From the human T2T-CHM13v2.0 reference genome, Homo sapiens, in NCBI RefSeq assembly GCF_009914755.1, contig NC_060935.1: a DNA stretch of 64,000 nt; one strand, 5' to 3'. The position numbers were made by a program, and so were the translations under genes. The notes below the pieces were generated by a model. It was not told where the DNA came from. It ran no database searches and saw only the letters and a program-made list of their open reading frames with translations. Position 1 is the stretch's first letter; each line of letters starts with the position of its first letter. This document shows positions 1 to 14,995 of the stretch, in pieces.

Positions 1-995
1 AGACATTAATTAATTAATTAATTAAAAGTTTACTGCACAATGGCATACTTAGTTTCAAATTCCTCTCCACAAAGTACTTATTAATTACAAAGAGAAAAAA
101 ATAATAACTTTACAGATGGGAAGCTTGGCAAACACCACCTTAATCAAGTGACCAGAGTGAGCTTCATCAGTAATGAGACAAACAGAAATGGCATACCACC
201 TGAGGGGAGGCGAGGAGAAGAAACCAGCATCGGCCAGGCATGGTGGCCCATGCCAGTAATCCTAGTGCTTTGGGAGGCTGAGACAGGAGGATCTCTTGAG
301 GCCAGGAGTCCGAGACCAGCCTGGGCAAATGGCGACACCCCGTCTCTAACAAAAAAATACAAAAAAAAAAATTAGCTGGGTGTGGTGGTGCGTGCCTGTG
401 GTCCCAGCTACGTGGGAGGATGGTTTGAGCCCAGGAGACAGAGATTACAGTGAGCCAAGATCACACCACTGTACTCCAGCCTGAGTATAAAGATCATTCA
501 AGAGAAGATTGAGAAAATGCTCCAGACTGAAGCAGAATAAAAAGACATGACAACTAAATGCAACTTGTGATTCTTAATTGTATCCTTTTGCTGTAAAAGC
601 CACTATCGGGGCAACTGACAAAACTTGAGTAATGTGAGAATTAGATGGGAGTAGTGTATTGTTATTAATTTTCTGATTTTGATCACTGTGTCATGGTTAT
701 GTAGGGAAATGTCTGTAGGAAATACATTCTAGAGTAATACGAATAATTATATATGAAAAAGCAAAGTTTAAGTGGATATAGTAAAATTCTTTTAAAAGAC
801 TATATATTTCATGATATGCATTTTAATGTATATATACACCTTATTCTTCTGGACAGATGCAGAAGAAAAGTAATGTGATGATCTGGGAGAGGAACTGGGT
901 GGTGGTAGGAAAGAGCTTTTGTTTTTCATTTTATATCTTCCTGCATAGTTTATTTTTTTTTGCCAGGTACATGTATTACTCTAATAAAAACAAAT
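1..995 (+). mobile_element. Old L1 (L1M) 3'-region fragments interrupted by an Alu
   Basis: Motifs typical of old L1 3' ends (AAGACATGACAACTAAATGCAA; GTTAATTTTCTGATTTTGAT...GGTTATGTAG). Confidence 0.55.
232..487 (+). mobile_element. Alu (AluJ-like, truncated)
   Basis: Alu dimer motifs. Confidence 0.85.
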
Positions 996-1000
996 ACAGG

Positions 1001-1307
1001 AGGCTGGGCATTGTGGCTCACACCTGTAATCCCAGCCTTTGAGAGGCCGAGATGTGGGGATCACTTGCGGTCAGGAGTTTGAGACCAGCCTGGTCAACAT
1101 GGTGAAACCCCGTCTCTACCAAAAAATACAAAAATTATCCAGGCGTGGTGGCAGGCGCCTATAGTCCCACCTACTCAGGAGGCTGAGGCACGAGAATCAC
1201 TTGAACTCAGGAGGTGGAGGTTGCAGTGAGCCGATACCATGCCACTGCACTTCAGCCTGGGCAACAGAATGAGACTCTGTCTCAAAACAAAAAACAACAA
1301 CAAAAAA
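1001..1307 (+). mobile_element. Alu (AluS)
   Basis: Full dimer with A tail. Confidence 0.95.
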
Positions 1308-2361
1308 AGGAGTTTTCTGGAGAGTGAGATTATGTGTCATTTCTGTTTTTCTTATTTTTTTACATTCAAAAAACTAATACATAATAATGTTAGACATTTG
1401 CATGCACACGCATGGAAATTTTTATTTTTCTCTCTACAGTTAAGGCAAAAAGTGAATAAGGATCAGCTCTCATCAATTAAGTCAGGCTTTGAACAATTTT
1501 GGTAGCAGAAAGTCTTTACCTGGTGTTTTATTTAATTCAGGCTTTTTAATTTAAAGATCTGTATGAGGGATTGTTCTTGATTAGCGATTAACAAGGATTC
1601 TAGAACACATAGACAGACTTCAAAACAGTTTTGTCAGGACCATGTAGCTGAGAAAAGCCTCTTGTTTATTAATTTAGGTCTACGTTTCGATGACTTTTTT
1701 CTCACCCAAACCTTACCCTGTGGAATACTTTTTAAAATCTACCCTTCTGTTTTGGTCAAAGTCCTTTGACAAGCATCAGACTTAGAGGCTTTCAACACAG
1801 TTTAAATAGAATTTAAATTCGATAAATTCCTGTGTATTTTTTTTCCTATTTCTTTACAAACTGCCTTCTCTGTATAGTCAAGGGGTTTTTTCTGTTTTGT
1901 TGTTGTTGTTGTTGCTTTGGCTTCCAGAAAATGTCCCTGTAAAATCAAGAAAGTTTAGGGCAAGGCCTGCACTTACTCAAACATGGAAGGGTGAACGCAG
2001 ATTTTGGGTTTCAGTGATCTCCTGATACCGAAAGAAAAGTGCCTCCCTCCCTCGGGGGCACTTCAAGATGACAGTTTCAAAAGGCACTTCAGGTGAAAGT
2101 GTAAATGAAATTTCAAAAGACCATCAGTCAGTAAGAAATCATTCATAGAATTCTACAATCCTTTGGCAATATAGAACAAAAGTTAAGTGTTTGGGTGCTT
2201 GTGCCAAACAGATGTGAACTTGAATCTCAGTTTTACCAGTTACTTACAATGTGTCCATGAGCAAGATACTTAATTTCTCCGAAACCCAGTTCATTTGTCT
2301 ATGAAATGGAAATAATAAAAGTACCCTAACGCCTGGAATTACCATAGATTTATTTAAAATA

Positions 2362-2687
2362 GGCCAGGCGCAGTGTCTCACTCCTGTAATCCCTACACTT
2401 TGGGAGGCCGAGGCGGGCAGATGACCTGAGGTCAGGAGTTCAAGACCAGCCTGACCAACATGGTGAAACCCCATCTCTCCTAAAAATACAAAAATTAGCC
2501 CAGGCATGATGACAAGCACCTGTAATCCCAGCTATTCAGGAGGCTGGGGTAGGAGAATCGCTTGAAACCAGTAGATGGATGGAGGTTGCAGTGATCTGAG
2601 ATCGTGCCATTCATTGCACTCCAGGCTGGGCAATAACAGTGAGACTCCATCTCACACACACACAAAAAAAGAAATAAAATAAAATAA
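2362..2687 (+). mobile_element. Alu (AluS)
   Basis: Full dimer with tail. Confidence 0.95.
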
Positions 2688-2816
2688 TACATGTCTACTA
2701 CAAATAAAGCACTTAATAAATATTAGTTGTTGATTACTTTTTTAAAAAATTGTCACTGTCTCAATTTATATTCCAAAAACTCACCATTCCAATTATGGGT
2801 TACAATAGGCTTAGGG

Positions 2817-3093
2817 GGCTCAGCCCAGTGGCTCATGCCTGTAATCCCAGCACTTTGGGAGGCCGAGGCAGGCAGATAGCTTGAGCTCAGGAGTTCAAGA
2901 CCAGCCTGGGCAACATGGCAAGACCCCCATCTCTACAAAAAATACAAAAATTAGCTGGGCGTGGTGGTTCACATCTGTAGTCCCAGCTACTTGGAGAATC
3001 GCCTGGGAGGCAGAGGTTGCAGTGAGCTAAGATTGTGCCACTGCACTCCAGCATGGGTGACAGAGCGAGATCCTGTCTCAAAACAAACAAACA
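2817..3093 (+). mobile_element. Alu
   Basis: Dimer with (CAAA)n tail. Confidence 0.92.
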
Positions 3094-3309
3094 GGCTCAG
3101 TGTCCACAATGTGAAGGGTGAAAGTAGGAGGGAAATGGCTGCTTTCTATATGCACCAAGCTATTCACCCAAAGAATGACAAGGGGGACGAGGAGCCAACC
3201 ACCTTATTATAACACCAGCCCAGGATGGAACTCTCAGGGAAGCTCCCCTTGGAATATGTGTCCATTAGACTTGCCAGTTAGTAAGTCCAAATTGCGGTTA
3301 TGAATATAA

Positions 3310-3595
<286 letters not shown>

Positions 3596-3706
3596 CGTCT
3601 GAAATTTAAACAACTTTTCCACCAGTTCCACATTAGCTCTAAGTAGAGCCCCAGGACTTTCTCCCTGCCCACCTCTCATGCCAGCCCTTGAATTCTGTGC
3701 CCCAAA

Positions 3707-3941
3707 GAGCATTAATTTCCATACTCAACAAGGATTTATGGAGTTCTTACTGTGTGCCAGGCCCTGTACTAGACACTGGGCATAGAGTGGTCAAGGCACA
3801 TAGGAGCGCTGCCTTCATGGAGCTCATGTTCTATGAGGAGGTATGTTCAACAGATCAGCACCCTAATAATCGGTTGCTCAAAAACGTATGTTCTATGAAA
3901 AAGTACAGGGGGTCCAGGTGCCATCAGAACAGAAGGACCTG
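3707..3941 (-). mobile_element. L2 fragment (left part of an L2 split by the retrocopy)
   Basis: CAACAAGGATTTATGGAGTTCTTACTGTGTGCCAGGCCCTGTACTAGACACTGGG resembles an antisense L2 3' end. Confidence 0.7.
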
Positions 3942-4165
3942 CGTGGGTGGGGCATGCCTGCCCCTGCCAGTCTCTAGGGGCCTGGCCAGGCTCTCCCCAG
4001 CCAGTCTGCCCTCCTCAGGTGTGGAGGAGTCTCTGGGCCCCAGGAGGATTCCCTCCTGGAGACTCACACAGTGCTCCCTGCTCACGTGTTGTCACAGCCC
4101 AGAAATGACTGAAACAAAGCATTCTCCTGGACCTCAGCATGGGGGATCCTCCAGGCAGGTGCTAA

Positions 4166-4578
<413 letters not shown>

Positions 4579-5143
4579 TAAAAAACCATAAAATTGATTC
4601 ACAGTCCACTGACCCTTACAGATCTAGATATACCCTTACCAGAGAGAGAACTCTGATGAGGAAATGCTGGTAAATTACCATTTTTCTAATTGCTGGTGAG
4701 TCTGACACTTGGTGAGTTTTCAGCCAGTTTGTTAAACTTTTAATTAAGTTTTGTTTATAATAAAAATATAAATGGATTTGAAAGTTTCCATTTTTTTAAG
4801 TTACCTTTGTTTTACAAAGGTATTTTCTAAACACATCTTTAATGGACTATTTAACTGAATTTAAGGAATTCACACATGACAGCTGACAGGTCTTCATGCA
4901 GGCTGATTGGTAACGTGCTGCCAGCACAGGGCTGGGTGATGCATACACCCTAAGCTGGGGGTGCCTGGGGAGAAGGGCGCTCCTTGGAGTGCCCCTCCAG
5001 CTGCAGGGCAGTGAGGTGCCACTTGTGTGAGCCATCAGGGAGGCAGCTGGCCATGGGGGCAGAGGGTAGCAGGAGCATCATGGGGCCTTTCCATCTGGGC
5101 TGGTTCTCTGCGATGGTGGTGTCATGCTTGCCTCTGCTCCTTT

Positions 5144-6210
5144 TTTTCTTTTTTTTCTTTTTGCAATTGCAAGATTTAATAGAGTGAAAACAGAGCTCCC
5201 ATACAAAGGGAGGGGACCCAAAGAAGGTAGCCATTGCTGGCTCGAATGCTTGGGTTTATATCTCGATCATTGTCTCTTCTGCTGTGCTCTCAGGCAATAG
5301 ATGATTGGCTATTTCTTTACCTCCTGTTTTTGCCTAATTAGCATTTTAGTGAGCTCTCCTTACTGGTTGGGTGTGAGCTAAGTTGCAAGCCCCATGTTTA
5401 AAGGTGGATGTGGTCACCTTCCCAGGTAGGCTTAGGGATTCTTAGTTGGCTTAGGAAATCCAGCTAGTCCTGTCTCTCAGTCCCCCCTCTCAACAGGAAA
5501 ACCCAAGTGCTGTTGGGGAGGTTGGCCAGCGACCACTCTAACTGCTTCCTGCTGAACTGGGGTGTAGTAGCGGTTGTGCAGTTGAGATTTTCTCAGGAGG
5601 ATGCCTTCGATGTCATTAACATCAGAGCATAGGCTAGCAGGCCGGTCCAGGGGTCCATGGACTGCATCTGGGGCTCCATTTGAAGAACCATTTGTAGCTT
5701 TACAGCTTTGATTCTGGAAGAGACAAACTTAACAAGGAGCTTAAGATACAGGGTCCAAAGAGGAGTAACAATATTATAGCTGCTAGAGGTCCTAAGGAGG
5801 GGAGAATCCAGGGCATCCATTGGCTGAGGGGGCCCCAGGGTCCGGTGTTTTGAAGCTCCCCTGCTCTACGTTGTATGCGATCTCGAATTTTTTTAACTTT
5901 CTTCTCAGTGACGATTCTGGATTGATTAACATAATAACAGCATCTTTCCCCTAAAGATAAACAAGTTCCCCCTCTTTCGGCGGTTAGCAAGTTTAAAGCT
6001 CTTCGATTTTGAAGGACTACTGCTGCTAAGGAGTTAAGTTGATCTTGCAAGGTGACCAGGGAGTCGGCGACCTGTTCCATGTCACCATTTAGTTCTTGAG
6101 ATAGTTTGTGGTAGAACTGAGTAGAGGTTGTAATACCGCCAATGCCAGTACCTAGTCCGCCTAGTACTCCTGCTCCAATAACAAAAGGAAGAATGGGTAC
6201 TCTTTCATTG
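5144..6210 (-). mobile_element. L1-processed, 5'-truncated HERV-W (HERV17) copy: env TM region, PPT, LTR17 U3-R and poly(A)
   Basis: Translation VPILPFVIGAGVLGGLGTGIGG...LQNRRALNLLTAERGGTCLSLGERCC is syncytin-1/HERV-W TM-like. LTR starts TGAGAGACAGGACTAGCTGG (5479) after a purine tract and ends at ATTAAA plus poly(A) (T-run 5141-5162). 16-bp TSD TTGCCTCTGCTCCTTT at 5128-5143 and 6211-6226. Confidence 0.95.
5545..6210 (-). pseudogene. HERV-W env fragment (TM subunit only, frameshift after the membrane anchor)
   Basis: ORF 5700-6272 carries the fusion peptide, ISD, CX6CC and TM helix. Homology moves to ORF 5593-5820 (FVSSRIKAVKLQMVLQMEP) after GPCI. Confidence 0.9.
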
Positions 6211-7087
6211 TTGCCTCTGCTCCTTTCATCTAGAAAGAAGCTGCTGACCCTGACAGCACACCTAGGGCACACCGAGTGGCTGCATTGGTGCTGTCACTTT
6301 TTTAAAGCTTTCTGTCCAGACTTCAACTCTGGTTTCTTTTCAGAGTTGTGGAGGACTGATGACTTCCTCAAACCCTTGCTGTGGGGCTGAGGGTGATGGT
6401 CATGTCCATTTCTTATGTATTAAAAGCCCTCAGTGATTCAATTAGATTGTCCCACTGCTCAGACCTGTAGGGCAGCTTCTAGCATGCTTTTTTCAAGGGG
6501 AGAGGAGCAGTGAAAAGTCGTGTGTCAGAAATGGATTTGAGAATGTTCTGAATGACCCCTGGAGGCCGAGGGGGCAGGCTTCGGGCGTGAACTGAACTCC
6601 AGACCCCTCTTTGTGTTGGGCAGTGTCGTCCTGCTTATAAACTATAAGACACATTTTCTTTTGTGTTTGTTTTCATTTTTGTTCTTTTGCAGCACTCACA
6701 CCTTTGACAGTCTTTGGGAAAGAATAACACCCACGTAAAGAATTTGTCACATCCAGTGTAGCGCTGTTCTTTAATACTGGCATAACAATTCCAGGAAGTT
6801 TTTCTTTTTTATATTTAAAATGTTACTTTTCTATATGATGTGCAAGCAAGTTTGCCATAACTTTTCTTAAACTTTTTAGTGCCATTTCTAGTATATTCCT
6901 GTAAATGTCAGCTACTGCAAATGAGTCCAATTTAAGTAGTATTAGCTTGTTTATTGCAATGTTGGCCTCAACACAACAGAATAAAAATGGTAGAAAACAC
7001 TCTTTGATGTTTCTGGTAATCATGGACCCTTCTCCTGGGGCATTTGTTTTGTTTTCATAACAGAAAGCAAAAAAACAAAAAAAAAAA

Positions 7088-7600
7088 CAGGGGACCTGAA
7101 CTACTCTGAGAGGTTAGGAAAGCCTTTCCTGAATCTGACATTTAAGCAAGACCTGAAAGATGATAGGAATCAGAAAAGAAAACAATAATAACATTTTAGG
7201 CAAAGCAAACAACATGTGCAAAGGGCTCAAAACAGGGTAGAGCATGATACTTAGACAATAAAAATGTGAAAGATTCATGTGTGGCTGGATTACATGCAAG
7301 GATGGAAGGTGTGAAGTGAGGAGAGGGGGTGGAGCAGAGAGTGGGGCACAGAGAGAAAGGGGCATGAGAAGAAGCAGGAGAGATAAACAGGGTCTTATCA
7401 TCCATTTTAGGGATTTGGGGCTTTATAATAAGAAAAATGGAAGACCACTCAAGTATTGAGGCAGTATAACGTCATGACCAAATGTGCCCTTTCTAAAACA
7501 ACTCTGGCTGCCATGTGTAGAATAAATTAGAGCAGAGCAAAAATGAAGGGAGAAAGACCAACTGGGAGGCAAGAGAAGGTGGTGACTTAACCTTGAGGAA
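7088..7600 (-). mobile_element. L2 fragment (continuation)
   Basis: GGAAAGCCTTTCCTG...AACATGTGCAAAGGGCTC...ACTCTGGCTGCCATGTGTAGAATA are L2 motifs. Confidence 0.7.
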
Positions 7601-7803
7601 TTACTGTCTCTGCCATGGAATACATGGAATAAGTACCAAATACCCAGTTATCTCAACAGGTAGCTTTGGTGGGAGACGTATAACATTAAGGCTTATATTC
7701 AGTTAATTAGGAAACTGGATCAGACCAACACAGATTTTTATTTCCCTGGCCCAGGAGTTCTGTAATGGCCTCTTTAGGGCTGTACAAGAATAGAGGAGCT
7801 AGT

Positions 7804-8676
<873 letters not shown>

Positions 8677-10121
8677 TTAATAGTAAAAAATGCTGAAAGT
8701 AAAAGACAAGGAGAATACCTTGAAGGCAGCAAGAGAAAAACAATGCATTGGGAACTTGTAAGAGGACCTTCATAAGATTAGCACTTGGCTTTTCAGCAAA
8801 AACATATAGGTCACAGAGAGTGATGCGCAAAGAAAAAGAACTGTCAACCAAAAGTCCTACGTTTAGCAAAGCTATCTTTCAAAAATGAAAGCAAACTAAA
8901 GACTTTCCCAGATAAACAAATGCTGATGGAATTTGTTGCTAGCAGACTCACCTTACAAGAAATACCAAAGGACATCCATCAGGCTAAAAGCAAATGATCT
9001 CATGCTAATTTGAATACGTACACACACAAAAAAAAGGTGACTAGTAACAATTTTTTTAATGTATAAGTGCATATTTCTGTCCTCATAACTGATTTAAAAA
9101 GCAATCATACAAAATTATATATATGTAAAATACATAATGTAAGGTTAGGCCTATAACATATACAAATGTAATATTTTTGTTAATAATAGCACTAAGGGGT
9201 GGATGGGAGCAAAGCAGTATAAGCAAAGGACATGACTGTAGTTGATAAACTAATAATTATAACAATATATTGCTGAGTTTGTAACATTAATAGATGTGAC
9301 ATATGTATAACAAAAATATATTGCATAATATAATAATATATAATGTATACCATATATAACAATAATACACAAAAGAGGAGAAGAGACTAGAGCTACATAG
9401 GAGTAATATTTCTATACATCACTGGTATTAAGCTATCTGAAGTGACCTCTGGTAAGCTAAGATGTACATGGTAAATCCTAGAGTAACCACTTAAAAATAG
9501 TGAAAAAATAATTAAAACATTAAGCATCAAAATACATGAAGCAAAAACTGGCAGAAATGAAGGGAGAAATAGAAAACTCAACAATAATAAGTGAAAGCTT
9601 CAAAATTCCACTTTTAATATTGGATAGAATAACTCAATAGAAGATCAAGGAAATAGAAGATTTGAACAACACTACGGACCAACTACACCTAACAGACATC
9701 TGTAAAACACTCCACTCAACAACAAAATATGCATTCAAGTGTACATAAAACATCCCCTGGATAGACCATATGCCAAGCCGTAAAACAAACCTCAATAAAA
9801 TTTAAAGAATAAAAATAATACAAAGTATATTCTCTGACCACAATGAAATAAAATTAGAAATCAATAGCAAAATAAATGGGAATAATTCTACAAATATGTG
9901 GAAATTAAACAACACACTCCTAAATACGACCTATAACCAATGGATCAAGGAATAAATCAAAAGGGAAATTTAAAAAACTTGGAGATGAATGAAAATAAAG
10001 ACCCGGTACACCAAAACTTGTGGGATGCAATGATCAGAGAAAAATTTATATTTGTAAATGCCTACTTTAGGAATGAAGGAAGATCTCACATCAATGGCCT
10101 AATCTTCCAGTTAATCTTCTA

Positions 10122-10444
<323 letters not shown>

Positions 10445-11911
10445 GAGAGAGAGAGAGAGAGAGAAAGAAAGACAAACTCAACTACAGCAAGCAGAAGAAA
10501 GGAAATAAAGCTTAGAGTGGAAACTAATAAAATAGAAAATAAACAATAGAGAACACTAACAAACAAAAAATTGGCATAAGATCAACAAAACTGACAAACC
10601 TTTAGCTAAGTTAACCAAGAAAAAAAAAGACTCAAATTACTAGAATCAGAAATGAAAGAGGGGACATTGTTGTCAACGTTACAGAAACAAACATAATAAG
10701 AAATACAATGAACAGTTGTACACCAACAAAATAGATAACTTAGATGAAATAGACAGATTCCTAGAAATACACAAACCACCAAAACTGACTCAAGAAGAAA
10801 CAGATGATCTGAATAAGTATAACAAATAAAGAGGCTGAACTAGCAATAAAAAATAATACCCACAAGAAAAACCCAAGCCTAATTAGCTTTCCCACTGATT
10901 CTGCCAAACATTTAAAGAAGAATTAATATCAGTTATTCACAAACTCTTCCAAAAAATAGAAGAGGCTAAACACTTCCCAACTCATTTTATAAGGCAAATA
11001 TTACCCTGATGTCAAAACCAGACAAGGACATCACAAGAAAAGAAAACCAGAGAAAAAATATCTCTTATGAATATGGACGCAAAAATCCTCAACAATTAGG
11101 AATGATTGTATGTGGAAAAAGAATAAAGAATCCTCAACAAAATACTAGCAAACCAATTCCAGCAGTATCTAAAAATAAGTATACATCATAACCAAGCTGG
11201 ATTTCTCCCTCGAGAGCAAGATTAGTTCAGCATCTGAAAATCAATTCTTGTAACACATCGTACCAGTAGAATTTTTTAAATCACATGATGATCTCAATAG
11301 ATGCAAAAAAAGCATTTGACAAAATCAAACACTCTTTCATGATAAAAACACTCAACAAACTAGGAACAGAAGAGAACTTCCTCAACCTGACAAAGAGCCT
11401 TTATGAGAAACCCACAGCAATCATGCTAAATGGTAAAAGGCAGATGTTTTCTTCCTAGGATCAGTAACACGACGAAGATGTCTGGTCTCACCACTTCTGT
11501 TCAACATTGTACTGGAGGTTCTAGCCAGGGAAATAGTCAAGAAAAAGCAATAGAAGGTATCCAGATTGGAAAGGAAGAAATGAAAATATCTCTGTTCACA
11601 GATAACACAGTCTTACATATGGAAAATCCTCCTCCTTGAAGTCTGGGTATTTGGTAAAACATTTTTTTTTTTTTAAAGAAAATCTTAAGGAATCCACAGA
11701 CAAATGTATAAACAGAATGTGGTATATCCATATAACAGAATATTCGGTCATATAAAGAAATGAAGTATTGATACATGCCACTTGAATGAACCTCAAAAAC
11801 ATTATGCTAAGTGAAAAAAGCCAGTCACAGAAGTCCACATATTATATGATTCTATTTATACAAAATATCCAGAAAATCTATAGAGGAAAATCTATAGAGA
11901 AAGAAAGTAGA

Positions 11912-12197
11912 GGCTGGGCGCAGTGACTCACACCTGTAATTCCAGCACTTTGGGAGGCTGAGGCGGGCCGAACACGAGGTCAGGATTTCAAGACCACCCT
12001 GGCTAACACAGTGACACCCTGTCTCTACTAAAAATACAAAAAATTAACTGGGCGTGGTGGTGGGCGCCTGTAGTCCCAGCTACTCGGGAGGCTGAGGCAG
12101 GAGAATCGCTTGAACCCGGGAGGTGGAGTGAGCCAAGATCGCACCACTGCATTCCAGCCTGGGCGACAGAGAGAAACTCCATCTCAAAAAAAAAAAA
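11912..12197 (+). mobile_element. Alu (AluSc/Y-like) within the L1 3'UTR
   Basis: Dimer; TSD AAAGAAAGTAG. Confidence 0.95.
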
Positions 12198-12901
12198 GGA
12201 AAAGAAAAAGAAAGTAGGTTATGGGGGGGCCAGGGGAAGTGGGGAGAAAAGGAGGGGGTTATCTTAGCTAAAGGGTATGGGTTTTTTTTTTAGGCGATGA
12301 AAATGTTCTAAAATTGACTGTAATGGTGGCTGCAGATATGCATGAATATATTAAAAACATTAAATTATATACTTCTAATGGGAGAATTGTATGTTATGTG
12401 AATTATATCTAAACAAAGCTGTTAAAAAAGCGATAAAATGCCAACCTATATTTATCTCTGTCTAAATTATCCCCTGGAGAGAAGGAGTTCCTAAATCCTT
12501 AAACTTGAAGAAGTGCATTGAAATGCATTTTCTATAATCCAGGTTTCCTGCAGATATGTAACACTCAAAACCCATGCAAAAAGCAGAGGTATCAAGATCC
12601 TTACACTTAGGTAAGAATCTACCCTAATTGTACTTATCTATCCATCTACTCATATTCCAGAAACCAAATCTTAGTCACTGAGAAGTCTGGCAGAATTGAA
12701 AAAAAAAAAAAAAAAATGCAGCCGTGAGTACGTGCCAAGCAGCATGAAGGTAATGGTGGCATTATGCACCTTACTATTTACCAAGCCATTTGGATGAACT
12801 GACCTAAAGCCAGGAGATCTTGCAAATGGTCATCCCACCGCCCATCTAAATCATGATTTCTCTCCAGATGCCCCTCCAACTCCCATTTAAAGTTCCTTCT
12901 A

Positions 12902-13179
<278 letters not shown>

Positions 13180-13712
13180 CTACTAAAAAAAAAACAAAAC
13201 AAACAAACAAACAAAAAACCTCCTAGTTTGATCACTTAGAAGAAACCTCCAGCAGGTGATTGGACATCTCTAGCTTTTAGATTATACTGACAAGGAACTT
13301 TAAAACAAAACAAAACAAAAAATGAAGAAGCAAGCAGCACAACCCCCTGGAAGATTAGCAACACATCAAACAAAATCAGAAGGAAGTTCTAAAACTCAAA
13401 ACCTAAGTACAACAGACCCTAGTGGGAGGCCCTAGGCTTTACTATTAGGATCAATGGTGGAGGCAGATGTGGAGATGATATTGCCCAAGGTCCAGGTTTG
13501 GCAAGAAAAATGGAACATTTTCATCTCCATTGGCTTCTAGGCCCCCTCACCCTCAATACATCAGGTTTTATGGAGCCTACACTTTTCTCCAGCTGGAATC
13601 AAGAATTCCTCCTTTGTTGCTCATCTGTTGCTCATCAATTCCACGTTTTAAAGATCAGTTCAAGTTGCAGAAGAATAGATATCACATAATTCTAGTTATG
13701 GTATACACACAT

Positions 13713-13713
<1 letters not shown>

Positions 13714-13749
<36 letters not shown>

Positions 13750-13757
13750 AGAGAGAG
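13714..13757. repeat. (CA)n(GA)n microsatellite
   Basis: Read directly from the sequence. Confidence 0.95.
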
Positions 13758-13900
13758 AAAGGCTGTCACCAAGTTGCGGTTCTCCCTATGATTAAGGCAA
13801 GTCAGGGCAGGTGTAAAGCAGGTGATGATAGGGTTTATGAAGAACCAGGGGAGTGGGGTAGGGAGTAGAAGTAAAAAGAGCCTTTCAAGTTTTGCCTTAG

Positions 13901-13978
13901 TATTAGCTTGAACCATATAAAATTGTCATTTTTAAAGGTCAAAAACAGGTATCATCAATTTCACATGATTTTCATCTT
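13901..13978. mobile_element. MADE2 (mariner-derived MITE)
   Basis: TATTAGCTTGAACCATATAAAATTG...CAATTTCACATGATT, an imperfect 80-bp palindrome. Confidence 0.65.
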
Positions 13979-14995
13979 TTGCAATAGAAATATTTGTGTG
14001 ATGAATAATATTGCTGAAGAAAACAAACCAATCACATAACAATAAAAAATCAAGTATCTCCTGTTTGAAACTAGACCCATTGGTTTGTTTACTGCTCTCT
14101 AAACTTTACCTTCACTCTCTCTCTGATAATGTACAGCTCTGAATCTTTCAACCCAGTATAATGAATGAACAGACAGCAGATTTCAGGCAGATCTTTTTAA
14201 CTCTTGACCATCGGGATATTTGCTTTAGCAGTGTGTGATGACGGAAAAAGACTTGGAGCCAGGCCATCTGGAAGCTAAAATATCATTACTCTGGGCAAGA
14301 TTGAGTTTTAATCCTCTCTTATGTTGAAATGGGGATTAAAATATTAACTTCACAAGGTTAACGTGAAGATTAAGTGAGACGTGTATGTGAAAGGAGAGTT
14401 ATATGGCTCCTGACACATGGTAGATATTCAATAAGTTATTTTCCTTCACTTAGAGTGAAATTTTCTAGAACAGCATAGAGTGTTGGCAGCTCTTCAATAA
14501 TTTATCAGTAGCCTTTGTCCTCCTCTGGACAGAGACCAGTTAGGCACCAAGTACCCATAGAGATCTCCACCTACTGATGACCAAAAGTCTGCCTTTGATC
14601 TCTAATGCAACAATAAGGTGGGCAGAAACAGCCCCTGACAGATCACAATTTCCTATGACATAAAACAAGGCTCAGAGTCGGGCCCCTTTATCTTTAAGTG
14701 ATGATGCCACTTTGGTCTGATACCACATTAGATTAGATGGATGTGTGATCTCCTACCAAGCACACAGGAAGATTGGCATCAACCTTTGCACTGATGATAG
14801 GGTTTATGAAGAACCAGGAGGCCCCAAAAAACTGTAAGTCCTGGTGCCTGGCTGTGTCAGAAATGCAGTCTTAACATCAGGTAGTTTCCTGCCTGCTTAG
14901 CCCTCAACCTCAACAGACGCCTGGATATCAAGAACCTTGCCTTAAGTCTGAGCCAAGTTGTCCCTCCAATTAAGGCAAGTCAGGGCAGGTATAGA

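Noticed and set aside
5545-6272. Possible syncytin-1 (ERVW-1) gene
   Set aside because: No SU or signal peptide, degraded furin site, frameshift, retains LQMVLQMEP, and has processed-pseudogene hallmarks
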